A stretch of DNA of 64,000 nucleotides from Chiloscyllium plagiosum (GCF_004010195.1 NC_057728.1:48241521-48305520), one strand, 5' to 3'. Numbered from the stretch's first letter, positions 1-12,766 are shown. A program made the numbers and translations. Notes: generated from the sequence alone by a model not told the origin.

Positions 1-14
1 AACAGTGCAGACAG
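1..14 (+). CDS. PTPRB: 3' end of upstream FN3 exon (..TVQT, phase 1)
   Basis: aca gtg cag aca g|gtaaga donor at 15. G plus AT of the next exon gives D, matching human ..LQT-DPLPP. Confidence 0.75.
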
Positions 15-149
15 GTAAGATACAGACCTGGACATCATAGAAACGGACGAAAGAGGCGGGAGGAAACTTATTATATATAATTGGGTGGGGGTGGGGCTAT
101 CAACAAAGGTATTAGATGTTATTAAATGTATGATACAATACGTTAGTTG

Positions 150-273
150 ACCAGGTCAGATGTCGCACGACATCATAGCTTGTGATTTCAAATAAACCTG
201 TTGGACTATAACTTGGTGCCGTGTGACTTGTGGCATTGTCCACCCCAGTCCAACAACGGCACCTCCACATCAT
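150..273 (+). mobile_element. Remnant of Penelope-like family P2 terminus
   Basis: aataaacctgttggactataac..caccccagtccaac..acctccacatcat, shared with 7950-8030, 51931-52023 and 62480-62557. Confidence 0.7.
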
Positions 274-1233
274 AGTCTACTCAGATACGGAATTATATGT
301 TCTATTATATAATGACACTTTCTATTAATGTATTTATAGAGTTAAGACCATTGTTAGAATGTGGCACAGCCTCAGTTTGAAATTCCAATTCTTCCCGGGG
401 TTAAAAATTGACATATCCATGGGAAGTATAAGTGGGGAGTGGTGCGGCGGGGCGATGTTGGAAGTTAGTGGGGGTGTCAATAACCAGTTTCACCTGAAGA
501 AAAAAACATAACGTCCCGGGAACTTCCAGCAACTCTTGGGAGGATTCCCAGACAGCGGCCACTGGGTGGCGTCTACAGCCAGCCTGCGGCACCAACTTAA
601 ACCAGCGTGTTGTGCAGTCCGCACACTTAACCCAGGCTGAGCAAAGACAGCAATTCCTCAGCCACAGTTAACTCTTCTGTTAAAGGGGCATGAACTCGAC
701 CATTGAGGAGGCTGGATTAAAACAAAAAGAATAACACATTGCCATGTAATACTGGATTTACTTTATAGGGGAGTGCCCGGAGGTGGTTATTTTCCACACG
801 AGGGAAAAACAAATTGTCTGCAGAAAGTGGTGGGGAACAGTTTCAGGCACCTTTCGAAAGTTAATCGAAAGGGTCGACATTTTGAAAGTGAAAACAGCTG
901 ACGACAGGCTGGAATCTAGACTGAAAGATATGTCACTTCACTCCATATCCAATATCTTACTTAGAAGCTTAGTTCATAACTTCGAGCTTAAAGCTGACAA
1001 AAAAAACCGGTGGTATTGTAGCACGGTGGTAGTGTCCCTCCCTCTGGGCCAACCACTCCAGGTTCACGACTCATTTGCGTCAGAGATGTGTCCGAACATT
1101 GTTTTTAAATATGAATGATTAGTTCCTCGCTTAAATATTAACTATGCACACATTAGAATTATGCTTCTACCTCTGCTAATTATCATGGCAAGAGCTGTTT
1201 TTCGAGGAGAGGAGATTATTTCCAAACCCACTG

Positions 1234-1251
1234 CCCCCCCCCCCCCCCCCC
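1234..1251. repeat. C18 homopolymer
   Basis: 18 consecutive C; a second run (C16) is at 9051-9066. Confidence 0.95.
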
Positions 1252-2499
1252 GTTGGCACTCTGCCTCCACAGGGGACCTTTATTTAGGCCGTACAAGTGC
1301 GTACAGATGTGAACGGCGGTGATATTACTGGACAGAGGCCAATCCCTAAATATGCAACAATGGTTTGAAGTTGAGCCGAGCCAGGAGTAGTTGAGCCCCG
1401 CCAGTATTGTTCCTTTGTTCTAACGGATGTTAGAAAAGGTCTGAGTATTTTATTCTCGTTGCCAAATAGATTTGAGTAGATAGGGAATGTACTGTCCAAC
1501 TGAACCTTCGAAACACGCAACCTGAAATCTCGGCCTGTATGCTGCAGTAAACGATTGGATTGGGTTGTTCATACACTCCGAGAAACCTGTTCCTTTTTAT
1601 TTAACATAATGTTTCAGTATAAGACTTTACATATATATTCGTTGCTATCCGATTTAGTAATTTACCAATAATTTGATTAGGGTTTCCACCTACTATATAG
1701 TACATAACATGTGTAGAGAGTTGGCCAATATCTCCCCAGTTTATCTCAGTCATAATCTGGGGTGAACCAGGTTCTAAGATTTGTACCTAACATCCTTGGC
1801 CATTTAATTACCTCACTATTGGCATTAACACATGGGAATTTGCCGACCACACCATCCGCTCAATAGATTTTCTTAAAATAAAGGAAAATAATACCTCTGA
1901 TCCCTAATTGGAGAGCTGGGAAATTAGTTCACCATTTTTAATATTTAGACTTAAAAAGGACCATACCAGAGAAAATAGCCTAAGTAACTAAGAAAAGTTG
2001 AGCAAATTTGCAACAGAAAGAGGTTGGAATGTGGAAATTTTTTTGCTGCAAGCAGTGATTAATACTGAAAGAAATCCTTAATTGCGTAAAGGAAAATAAA
2101 AATGGATAATGGATAATGGCGGAAACTGGAAAATCAGTCATAGAATCATAAAGTTATAAAATCCTTCAAAAGAACCTTGTCATGGCATTGTGACTTTGTG
2201 CTAATATTTCCCTTTCTGTGTTAATACAATTGCTTAGGTATTTTTTAATATGAAACCTGGGAATCTTTTGGATTTCAATGGTCCGAGAGATTTGGTGTGC
2301 TCTATTTAAAGTACTTTTCTGAAAATACCAATTTAAGGTCAAAGGCATGATCAATGCAAACAACTTTATTACCGAGAGGAAAAAAGACTTGCATTATAGA
2401 TAGTCTCTAATCAACCTATTCAGAGCAGATGGGAGTTAAACCTGGGCCATTTGGCTTCAAAGTGGGGAAACTACTATTGCACCACAAGAGCCCCTAAAG

Positions 2500-2850
2500 C
2501 TTGCATTATTTAACACCTTTAATACTACCAACAAGGAACTAATTAAAGAGTATTCACTCTTGTAATGTAGCAAGCACGACAGCCAATTTTTGCGCAACAA
2601 GCTCCATAAACACGAAATGTATTTTCATGCTGTTATTTGGGGGATCAATACTGACTTGCATACCAAGCAACTTTTCTCCAATTAATGCCATCTTATTCTT
2701 TTATCTGAGAGAACAAACAAGCCTCAGTCTCATCATACAGACTGTATCTCTGGCAGTCCAGCTCTCCTTCAGTACCGCACTGGAGTGTTGGCCGAGATTT
2801 CTGAGCTTAATACCTGGGGTGAAATTTGAACCCAGAGCCTTCTGACTTAG
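2500..2850. mobile_element. Ancient Deu-domain SINE (AmnSINE1/SacSINE1-like), decayed
   Basis: agccaatttttgcgcaacaagctcc..ccttcagtaccgcactggagtgttggcc; related copies at ~15360-15720 and ~33790-35040 (split by a later insertion). Confidence 0.55.
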
Positions 2851-3589
2851 AGTTAAGGCATATGTATATTGTCCCGGGTGAAATAATTAAACAAATGTGA
2901 TCTGGCCACTTTACTACTGCACATATTAAAATAAGTGATGGATATTAATCGTTAAAATCAAAGCATAGTGTCAGCAACACAGTATACTGCGGCTGCACAG
3001 ATATTTCAAAAGCTATAAAGAGGAGGCCAATACATAGAGGTAAACAAGTGATTAAATAAGACAGGTACAGATGGATAAATGGATAGATGTTATGCATTGT
3101 GTTGCTTTGCTCCATGCTTTAGCAACTGCCAAAGTAAAAAACAGATGTTCTAGACTCAAAATGTCTTGAATTCAGCCTGGCCTTACTCTTGTTTTATCCT
3201 TCATCAGTTATATGTATTCTGTGCAGGCTGTATGATTTTCCATCTATCTTTTGTTTAGTGAACAGTTATTTAAAGTCTTGTATTATATTGTTTTTGATTT
3301 AATGGCTGCACAAATAAATCCTAACTAATATACAGCACAATATATAATTGAATTATCACAGTTGTGCTCAAAAGTTGGACAGTGACACATACTGTGTATC
3401 TCATAGTTCAAGATATTACTTAGTGCAATCTGGCTGCTCAGTCTCGATACAAAATAAGGAAGAAAATTCAGAACAAACATTTTCCAGGAAAGAGAATTAA
3501 AGCACATCACATTTTAAAACAGAAATAAGCATTCAGACATTGCACTAAGTAATAAATTTGAATTTGAGGAGTGAACAGACAAGAACTGG

Positions 3590-4230
3590 TCGCAGTGTTA
3601 TTGGAAGGATATTATTAAGCTAGAGAGGGTTCAGATGAGATTTACCAAGGTATTGCCAGGAATGGTGGTTTGAGTTATAAGGAGAGGCTGAATAGGCTGG
3701 GACTTTTTCACTTGAGCATAAGAGATTGAGAGATGACTTTATAGAGGTTTGTAAAATCATGAGGGATATAGATATTACAATAGTGAATACTCTTTAATTA
3801 GTTTCTTGTTTGTAAAATGCTTTGGGATATCTGGTAGCAGTAAAGGTGTTAAGTAATGCAAGCTTTAGGGGCTCTTGTGGTGCAATGGTAGTGTCCTTAC
3901 TTCGAAGCCAGGTAAGTATCTTTTCCCTAGGATGGGTGACTTCAAGACTGGGGGCATATATTTAAGGTTAGAGGAGAAAATTTTAAAAAGACATGGGGGC
4001 AAATTTTTTACATAGGGTATGGTTTGTGTGTGAAATCAATTTCCAGAGGAAGTGATGGATGTGTTTACAATGTTTAAAAGACATTTAGGTAAGTGCATGA
4101 GTAAGAAATGTTTTGAGAGATATGGGCCAAGCACAGGTAGGTGGGATGAGTTTAGTTTGGGTTTGGAGTTGGCTTGGCTTGTTGGACCAAAGGGTCTGTT
4201 TCTGTGCTGAATGACTCTTATGACTCTATA
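3590..4230 (+). mobile_element. CR1-family LINE 3' fragment
   Basis: Decayed RT C-terminus and 3' tail (ggaccaaagggtctgtttctgtgctg..atgactcta) shared with 28610-29040 and 63110-63500. Confidence 0.8.
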
Positions 4231-4269
4231 ACTGTTTAATTTCTTTGTTAGATCTCTTTTCATCTCGAA

Positions 4270-4465
4270 GCAAAATACTGCAGCAGTTAGAAATCTGAAA
4301 TAGATGAAAGAAAATGCCAGAAATAGTCAGTAAGCCTTACAGCATCCATGGAGACAGGAACATTGTTAACATTTCAGATCATCCACCTTTTGGCAGAACT
4401 GCTCCACCTCTGCAGATGCTGCCTGACTTGCTGAGTATTTCCAGCAATTTTGTTTGTCTGTTTTA
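4270..4465. mobile_element. Palindromic Penelope-derived short element (family P3)
   Basis: Inverted arms aaatgccagaaatagtcag / ctgacttgctgagtatttccagcaattt; same family at 6340, 33005, 56105 and 62860. Confidence 0.65.
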
Positions 4466-4489
4466 ATATCATCTTTATATTTTTTTTAG

Positions 4490-4768
4490 ATCCCAAACCA
4501 CCCCAGAGCTTTGAAGTGATCAAAAGTAGGACAACCTCCACCAGTCTCCATGTGTTTTGGACTCCAGCACCTGGGAATGTTGATTTTTACGAAGTCAGTT
4601 TATTTGGGATGGACAATAGGGAAACTCAGAACATCCACATCCCTGGGAGCTCCCACAATAAAGAAGCCTCTTTTCTAAAACTGACACCAGGCAGCAGGTA
4701 TCGCTTCACTATAAAGGCACATGCTGGAAACAAGAGCTGTGATGGACCCCACACTTTTGGATCCACAA
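4490..4768 (+). CDS. PTPRB: FN3 exon (DPKPPQSF..FGST), ~FN3 #2
   Basis: ttttag| acceptor, |gtaagt donor, 279 nt, phase 1-1; FN3 W and LTPGSRY motifs. Confidence 0.95.
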
Positions 4769-6339
4769 GTAAGTTACAATGATGTAAAAATGTTATGGAT
4801 TTCTTTGCTGATTTGGTGAGCATAACATATTCAGCATAAAATTAAGAGTTAATTTTGACTATACAACATTTTCTGAAATCTTACAAGTGTCCTTTCTACT
4901 TATGAAATATCACATCCACTGTTGCTTAATGTTTGATTAATGTGTCTTGCAAGATTAATCCTATGAGAAAATGAATCAATAGTTTGGAAGGGTACCTGAG
5001 GTCGATAAACTATTTTCTCACAGCTTAAACATTACTGTGATACTGTAGGGTTAAATCTGTGCTAGAAATTACCTGGTGTTTAAGCCTTAGCTATAGGAAT
5101 TGCTCCTTGGAAAATCAAAATCATGTAGTTTTTATTTTCTATGACCATTCATTATAATGGACCGTACATCACAGTAAATAATTAATTATACTTTAATGAA
5201 GAGAAGTTTGTTGATATAAAAGAGCAGATGAGCTTGAAAATGCCAGTTTATATCTCCAAAATGTGCAAACTCACCTGGGCAGAAAAATCTGAGTTTGAGC
5301 CAAGCATCATAAATGAATTGTAGCCACAGTGAGACCCATGCTGCAGCTACCGAACATGATTGCAGTACAACAGTTTCCTGGAATTAAGATATGACAAGAA
5401 ACGTTGAATAATTATTTTATTTCTACTTCTACACCAGAAGACATAAGTTACTAACTAAACTAGAGGGTAATCCAAGAGCTAATAAGAGGAAGGAAATAGA
5501 GATAAATAATATCAGTGAAGAAAGTATACTGAAGAAAATCAGGGATCTGAAAGCCAGCAAATTCTAGGACCTAATGGGCTACATCCTAGGGTTCTAAAAG
5601 AGATAGCTATAATAATAGTAGAAGCACTGGCTACAATTTTCTAAAATTCCTTACATTCTAGAATGGCTCTAACGGATTCGAAGTTAGGAAATGTATCACT
5701 ACTATTCAAAAACAGAAGATAGAGAATAAAGGAAAACAAATGAGTTAGCCTCATTTCAGTCATTGAAAAAGTGCTGTATCTCTTATTAAGGAATTTTGAC
5801 ACTGCATTTAGAAGAGTGTAGCCTGATTAGAACATGTCAATATCATTCTACAAAAGGGTAACCCTGTTTGAGATATTTATTTGGACTCTTTGAATATGTA
5901 TCTATAGGATAAATACAGGTTACCAGCAGTGATCCTGGATTTTCAAAAGGTGTCCAGAAAGGTTAATACATAAGATAAGGACTTGTGGAGTTGGGGTGAT
6001 AGATTAGCATAGATAGATCATCAGTTCATGGATGGGAAGTAAAGTAGAGATATTTTGCCATTTCCTCACCGTTGCTGTGTCAAAATCCTGAAACTTCTTC
6101 CCTTGCAGCATTGTGGATGTACTGACTGTGAATGGACTGCTTCAGTTCGAGAAGGCAGCTCACCACCATCTTCTCAAGGGAACTAGGGATAAGCAATAAA
6201 TCCCCTGAATGAATAAATAAATAAATGGGACATTTTCAAGTTGGCAGGCTGTGACTAGTGGAGTGGCACTATCATCAGTGCTGGGCCTCAGCATTTTACA
6301 AATTATATCAACAACTTAAAGATAGAGAATAATGTACGT

Positions 6340-6560
6340 AACAAAAATTAGGAATTGCTGGAAAAGCTCAGCAAGTGTGGCAGCATCTGTGAAGAGATAT
6401 CAGAGCTAACATTTTGGGTCCGGTTCTAAGGAAGGGTCACAGGACCCAAAACGTTAACTTTGATTTCACTTCACAGATGCTGCCAGACCTGCTCAGCTTT
6501 TCCAGCAATTTCTGTTTTTGTTTCTGATATACAGTATCCATGGTTCTTTCAGTTTTTATT
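6340..6560. mobile_element. Palindromic Penelope-derived short element (family P3)
   Basis: Arms ttgctggaaaagctcagca..gcagcatctgtgaag / cttcacagatgctgcc..gcttttccagcaa around a decayed hammerhead-like centre. Confidence 0.75.
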
Positions 6561-6774
6561 TAATAACATGCGTAAATTTGCTTGCGATACAAAGTTGGGT
6601 GGGAATGTAAGCTGAGGAGGATGCAAAGAGGCTGCAAAGAGACATAGACATGTTAAGGGACTGGGCATCAAGGATCCTGATCAGATATAAAGTGGTTACA
6701 TTCAATCTTAAGAATAGAAAAGCAGAATAGTTATTTTTGCAAGGCTTGAAACTTGTAAATGTTGATGTTCAGAG

Positions 6775-8030
6775 TTGGAAATCACACAACATCAGGTTAT
6801 AGTCTAACAGGTTTATTTGGAATCACCAGCTTTTGAAACACTGCTTCGTCATCAGGTGCTTGTGGAGTAGAATCATAAGACACAGATTTTATAGCAACAG
6901 GATTGTAGTGACATGGAATGTAATATTAAACAAATTTAGATGAAGTTTTTCATCTTTTAGAATGACCATGTCAGTTTCGGTTCCTTCATGTGTAAATCCC
7001 AGAACTTTTTTAAAGTTACGTCCTCAAGATAGCTTATAACAATAGGTGTCATTTCAGCTCAGATAATGCATTGAAGGTGTGAAGTTAAAGTCTGTCTGTG
7101 TCCTAATGTTAGGTCAGACTGATTCTATTTCTAAAGTGAGAGTTACAGAATATTGCATGGATTTATGAAGTTTTTGAGCAAACTGAAATGTAATTTTGCA
7201 AGTACAAATTCACCCCACAAGCTTTTATATGCGTGTGTATGCTGGGGGAGACCAAGTGAGTATGTGCAAGTGGCTGTATGTGTCAGGGTAGAGGCTATGG
7301 CAACGAATGAATGGACCCTTCACAACAATCACCAGGCAAGCGTGTTCCCTCCCAGACGGGGAGCACTTCAGCAGTCCGGGACATTCCGCCAAGGACCTTC
7401 GGGTGATCATCCTCCAAGGCAGTCTTCAGGACATGCAACAACACAAAGTGCAGAGGCTGATAGCAAAGTTCGGTACCCATGATAGCCTCAACTGGATTCT
7501 TGAGTTCATGTGACCCCACTACACTATATATACACACACATACGTTTGTGGGGTGAATTTGTACTTGTAGAATTACATTCTATTTCGCTCAAAAATTGCA
7601 TAAATCTATGCAATATTCTGTAATGCCCACTTTAGAAATAGAATCAGTCTGACCTAACATTAGGACACAAACAGACTTTAACTTTACACCTTTAATGCAT
7701 TATCTGAGCTGAGATGGCACCTTTTGTTAAAAGCTATCTTGAGGATGTAACTTTAAAAAGATTCTGGGAGTTACATATGAAGGAACTGAAACTAACATGG
7801 TCATTCTAAAAGATGAAAGACATAAGCTAAATTTATTTAATATTACATTCCATGACACTCAATCTTGTTGCTATAAAGTCTCTGTCTTATGATTCTGCTC
7901 CACAACCACCTGATGAAGAAGCAGCACTTCGAAAGCTAGTGATTCCAAAAAAAACCTGTTGGACTATAACCTGGTGTTGTGTGACTTTTAACTTTGTCCA
8001 CCCCAGTCTCATACCGGCACCTCCAAATCA
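6775..8030 (+). mobile_element. Penelope-like element (family P2): endonuclease C-terminal relic and terminal repeat with a ~440-bp inverted 5' copy
   Basis: 6779-7220 is the inverse of 7546-7987; central peptide EHFSSPGHS..LRVIILQG; 12-bp TSD tgatgttcagag at 6763-6774 and 8031-8042. Confidence 0.85.
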
Positions 8031-8250
8031 TGATGTTCAGAGCGACCTGCATGTGCTCACACAAGGAATACAACAGGCTGCTATGCAGGTACAGCAAGCA
8101 ATTGGTAAAACAAATGACATGTTTGTCTTTATCACAAGGGGAATTGGGGAAAAGAATAAAGCAGCCTTTGAACAATTGGACAGGGTTTTGATGAGATTGC
8201 ATCTGAAATACTGTGTGCAGTTTTGATTTTCATATTTAAGGAAGCATATA

Positions 8251-8591
8251 CAGGTGCATATATCGGAAATGTTCAGGACCAGCTGGTTTTCAGAATTCAG
8301 AATTTTTTGAATTTCAGAATAAGTGACAGTTTGATGGTAACATATTTAAAAATACCACCGGAGGAGCAGACTCACTCAGTAAAACAGGAATTGAGAGAGA
8401 ATTGAGGCCTGCCAGTGCTGGGCCACGCCCCCACATGTTGCACCTGAGTGACACGCATCAAGTGGGTGTCAACTTGGGTTAACTGTTTGCATACCAAACA
8501 ACCTTGTTAATGAGAAAAGAACTTCACAAAAAAACTTCAGACTTTGGAGCATTTTGGATTTCGGAATTTTGGATAAATGATTGTCTACCTG
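8251..8591. mobile_element. Tc1/mariner (Tigger/MER46-like) MITE
   Basis: TA|CAGG...CCTG|TA ends; ggatttcggaattttggata subterminal motifs; inserted in CR1. Confidence 0.7.
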
Positions 8592-9132
8592 TACCTGCGC
8601 TTTAGAGGCAGGTTCAGTGGATTAGTCTCTGGGAAGAGAGAAATTGCCTATGATAAGAGGGTGAGCAAATTGAATCTAAAGTCTCTGGAGCTTAGAAGAA
8701 TGAGAGCTGATCACAATGAAACATTCAAGATAACAATGGGGTTTGGCAGAGTCGACACTGAGACATTGCTTCCTCTGGCTGGGGAATCTAGAACAAAAGG
8801 TCAGAGGATTATGCGATCATTTAATACATGTAAAGTTTAGACAGAAAGATTGTTGCTCTCTCAGGGAGGTCAAGGGATGGGCAGGACCATCAGGTTTAAC
8901 TCCAATATTAACTATGATCATAGTGAATGGTCCAGCGTGCGAACAGGCCATAGGATTTTCTCCTGCTTCTGTTCATTACGTGCTGATGTATGAAGCATGT
9001 TTGATGAACATATCCACCAGAATTCAGTTGGCTTGTTCTCTGCACACACACCCCCCCCCCCCCCCCACTTTGAGTCCTGACAGTGAAGCCTAATATGAAA
9101 TGAAACACTAAAATTAACTTCCAACAAAACAC

Positions 9133-9453
9133 GGCACGGTGGCACAGTGGTTACCACTGCTGCCTCACAGCGCCAGAGACCCGAGTTCAATACCCGCCTC
9201 AGGCGACTGACTGTGTGGAGTTTGCACATTCTCCCCGTGTCTGCGTGGGTTTCCTCCGGGTGCTCCGGTTTCCTCCCACAGTCCAAAGATGTGCAGGTCA
9301 GGTGAATTGGCCATGGTAAATTGCCCATAGTGTTAGGTAAGGGGTAAAATGTAGGGGTATGGGTGGGTTGCGCTTCGGCGGGGCGGTGTGGACTTGTTGG
9401 GCCGAAGGGCCTGTTTCCACACTGTAAGTAATCTAATCTAATCTAATCTAATC
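9133..9453 (+). mobile_element. HE1-type tRNA-derived SINE, young copy
   Basis: Pol III A/B-box head (tggcacagtgg..gagttcaatacc), body gtgtggagtttgcacattctccccgtgtctgcgtggg, (ATCTA)n tail. Confidence 0.9.
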
Positions 9454-9569
9454 ACTGGATGTGATTTCAGCGCTGCTTTTTAACTGTGATTTCTCTGATC
9501 ACAAGAGCAGGTCAAAGTCTGGAAATCCTGCAGAAAGTAGGTCACTCCCTAACTATAGGTGAGCTACTC

Positions 9570-9900
9570 ACCTAGTGGTATTATTGCTAGACTGTTAATC
9601 CAGGTAATGTTCTGGGGGACCAAGTTCAAATCCCACCATGGTAGATGTTGGAATTTGAATCCAATTTTTAAAAATCTGGAATTAAGAGTAAAATAATGAC
9701 CATGAATCCATTGTTGATTATCTGGGAAAAGCCCACCATTAACGTCCTTGAGGGAAGAAAACTGCCATCTTTACCCAGACTGGCCTACATGTGACTCCAG
9801 AACCACAGTAATGTGGCTGACCCTTAACTGTCCTCTGGACAATTAAGAATGGGCAATAAAGTTGGCCTAGCCAATGATGCCTTCATTCCATGATTGAATA
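9570..9900 (+). mobile_element. tRNA-derived SINE with L2/CR1-like 3' tail (second SINE family)
   Basis: B-box gttcaaatcccacc; body ctggcctacatgtgactccag; related copies at ~16010-16310 (+), ~22000-22190 (-) and ~50885-51215 (-). Confidence 0.6.
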
Positions 9901-11005
9901 TACAATATAAGTCCCAAAGCCTGTGCACCATCACAAGAGTTTGATGGAATACTCTTCACTTGACTGGATGGGTATGGGGCCAATAATATTCGAGAAGCTT
10001 GAAGCCATCCAGGACATGACTTTACTCTATACCACCATTCCTTGACTGTGATCAGGTGAAAACCCTGGAATTCCTCCCCAGCAACATTATGCAAGTGTCT
10101 ACATTAATCAGTTTTTCAAAAGGAAGTAGGCACTGTCAATAATATTAGCCTTGCCATTGTTGCTCTTATCCAAAGAACTAATGTTTAAAACTCTACGTGA
10201 AACTGTAACAGGCCCAGAGTTAACAAGCATCAGTTTGCATTGTGTATAAGAAATGTATTAACATGGAAAAAATTAGCATTGTTAACTCTGGGTCTGTGAC
10301 AGTACCAGAGAACTAGATGGCATCTTTGATCTTTGGCACTAGTTTCTAAGGATGCAGTGCCTGCTTGTATAAGTTTCTCAATTACACAATTAACACCCAT
10401 ACAAAGTGTTTCATCTCTTGCTGTTGGTTGAAAGGTCTCATCATGATTTGGCTTTGCTCCTCTTGTATTAATTGCATGGATTAAAAAACGTTCCAAGGTG
10501 ATCTCTTTTAAAATATTTCCAATCAGTTTGTTTTTTTTCTATTCATTCAGGGATGGTGGCTTCTCTAACATTTATTGCCGATCCCGAGTTGCCCTTAAGA
10601 AGATGTTGGTGAGCTGCCTTCTCGAACGACTGTAGTTCATTTAACAGAGCTCTGTGCTAACATTAGTTTTAGTCAGTGTTCTGAGCTGCCTCTGTTGAAC
10701 TGGATGCAAAGCTTAATTTTTAACGTCTGGCAATGTTGTGTTGTTCTCAGCAATCGTATGTGGTGAAACAGTTGCCACCTTCTCCAGAGATTGGATGCAA
10801 GATAAACAATCACAATTTGATTAATGGGCCCATGCCATCTTCCTTAATCTTCATACCTATCTCCATCAATCTGTTATCTCATGGGTCTTTTGCAACTGTA
10901 TAGGATTAAGATGCCAAGTGTAATTAACTATAATCTGCATACTTTTAAAAGAATGTCACAGTATCGACCTATCTGATCAAATGTATTTAACTCTGGTCTC
11001 TCCAG

Positions 11006-11263
11006 TTCCCTCTGGGGTGAAGGATATCCAGATTTCAAGGGAACCAGACAGTCTCACCACAATCTGGATTCCTGGCCCTGGGAAAGTGGACAGCTTCAGA
11101 CTGTCTCTGAGTGATGAGGGAAATGTTGTCCAGCAGAACACTTTTGCCAACTCGACCAACCACCACACTTTCAGGGGATTAACAGCTGGCAGACTCTACA
11201 ATCTCACCGTGATCAGTATAGCGGGAGACCTAGAAACCATCAGTTCAAAATCTGTGCAGACAG
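11006..11263 (+). CDS. PTPRB: FN3 exon (PSGVKDIQIS..SVQT), ~#3
   Basis: tctccag| ... |gtaact, 258 nt, phase 1-1; LTAGRLY. Confidence 0.95.
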
Positions 11264-12012
11264 GTAACTGAGAAGATGACCATTCACATCTCCATTGGGG
11301 TAAATGTATGATTATAATGAATGACTAACTTAAAAACTAGGGTCCAAAAACATGTGAGGTCAATACTACACAGGAGTCAGGGGTTGGAACTTTTATGTTC
11401 CGTTGGTTCAAAAAGGTGTGGGTTACATCACAACGATCATCTTTTTCATTACAATCTCAAATGTTGCTGCTTATTTTTGGGAGTGGTGGGGCTTGAACCC
11501 AGGGTTGTCTGACCCAGAAAAAGCAGGGAAAATAATACTGCACTGCAAGACCCTCTCAGCATATTTTAAAACCACAAGCATAATTTTAAACTAATCATAA
11601 TCTTTCATGATTCAAAATCTTTTCTTTTGAGCTGAAAACAGCGTTACCATTTTAATGAAGAGAAGGTAATCAGAAACAAGTGCCTCTTTAGTTATTAATA
11701 ACTTCCAGTGCAGAATAAGCATGGTGATTCTGTTATTAAGAGTAATTTGGCTGATGCTTTGATCCATTTAGAAATCCTGGTAGTCAGGAACTGTGGAGCC
11801 CAAAGCAATGTGACTGCAAATGCTGGCCTCAAATGGGACCCTTAATTAAAGTCATTGCCCTCAAAGTTCTGTTAGAGCTGGGGTTGCAGCAGCTACAAAG
11901 ATCAGTCTCAGTCTGGCAGACCTCAAATTAAACTAAAGACAGTATCTAACACTCACTGGAATTTAAAATCAACTCCCCCTTGGAAACAACCTTCTGACAC
12001 ATACCAATAGAT

Positions 12013-12143
12013 GGAGAAAGTGAGGACTGCAGATGCTGGAGATCAGAGTCAAGAGTGGGGTGCTGGAAAAGTGCAGCAGGTCAGGCAGCATCCAAGGAGC
12101 AGGAGAATTGACGTTTCAGGCAAGAGCCCTTCCTGATGAAGGG
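12013..12143 (-). mobile_element. Short Penelope-derived element (family P1) with a small 5' inversion
   Basis: 9-bp TSD ccaatagat at 12004-12012 and 12144-12152; homologous to 41961-42092 and 48109-48238. Confidence 0.85.
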
Positions 12144-12766
12144 CCAATAGATAGCAATTTCAAGATTTGCACAATTAAATCTGTCACTATTCAGTTATGT
12201 TATAAAATCAAAAATACAACTACTAACATGGGCAAGATGGTATCATATAGTCCTGTCTAATGTAGAAATCCAGACGACTAGATGAATATCCTAACTTGCC
12301 TTACAAAACCTATTATGAAAAGCCTTATTGGTGGTGACCATGCTAATTATTATCAATTGTTATAAGACTCATCTGGGTTCACTAATTTCTATAGGGTGAC
12401 TAGTGACGAACAACAAATTTTGGCCTTGCCATTAATACTCACAATCCTGTCAAGGAATAAAAATAAAACAATACTCTGCCTAAATATAGTTGAAACAACA
12501 TAATATGGATTTATTTGAGCCCCCTTCCCCCATTTTCATAGTCATCATTTAAAATGAATATAAAGTAATTAAGCTGAAATGACACTAATTATCTTGATAT
12601 ACATTAACAGAATTGACATTAGGGAATAGTGCAATGTTCAAATATTTCCATGAATGAAGAAGGAAGCTTATTTAAATATTAAACTTCCTTGAGCAGTATA
12701 CACCATACTCCATGCTTTAATTGATAAATGATAACAACAATGAAACATATATTATTTTCTTTTCAG

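Larger units (their letters stand above)
5440..8990 (+). mobile_element. Long decayed CR1 LINE (RT region) carrying nested insertions
   Basis: Recognisable CR1 RT segments (ggacctaatgggctacatcctagggttctaaaagag; ORF peptide LKSLELRRMRADHNETFKI), interrupted at 6057, 6340, 6775 and 8251. Confidence 0.75.

Noticed and set aside
783..1520. ORFs of 111 aa (+) and 78 aa (-) in the CpG-rich zone
   Set aside because: No recognisable domain, non-ATG starts, partly SINE-derived; no splice-consistent link to PTPRB.
9133..9205. tRNA-like sequence with A and B boxes
   Set aside because: SINE head continuing into the SINE body; no complete cloverleaf.
8918..9328. Recurring ORFs 'MGNLxWPIHLTCTSLDCGRKP..' (also 26106, 34444, 57966, 59909)
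   Set aside because: Antisense translations of HE1 SINE copies, not a gene family.
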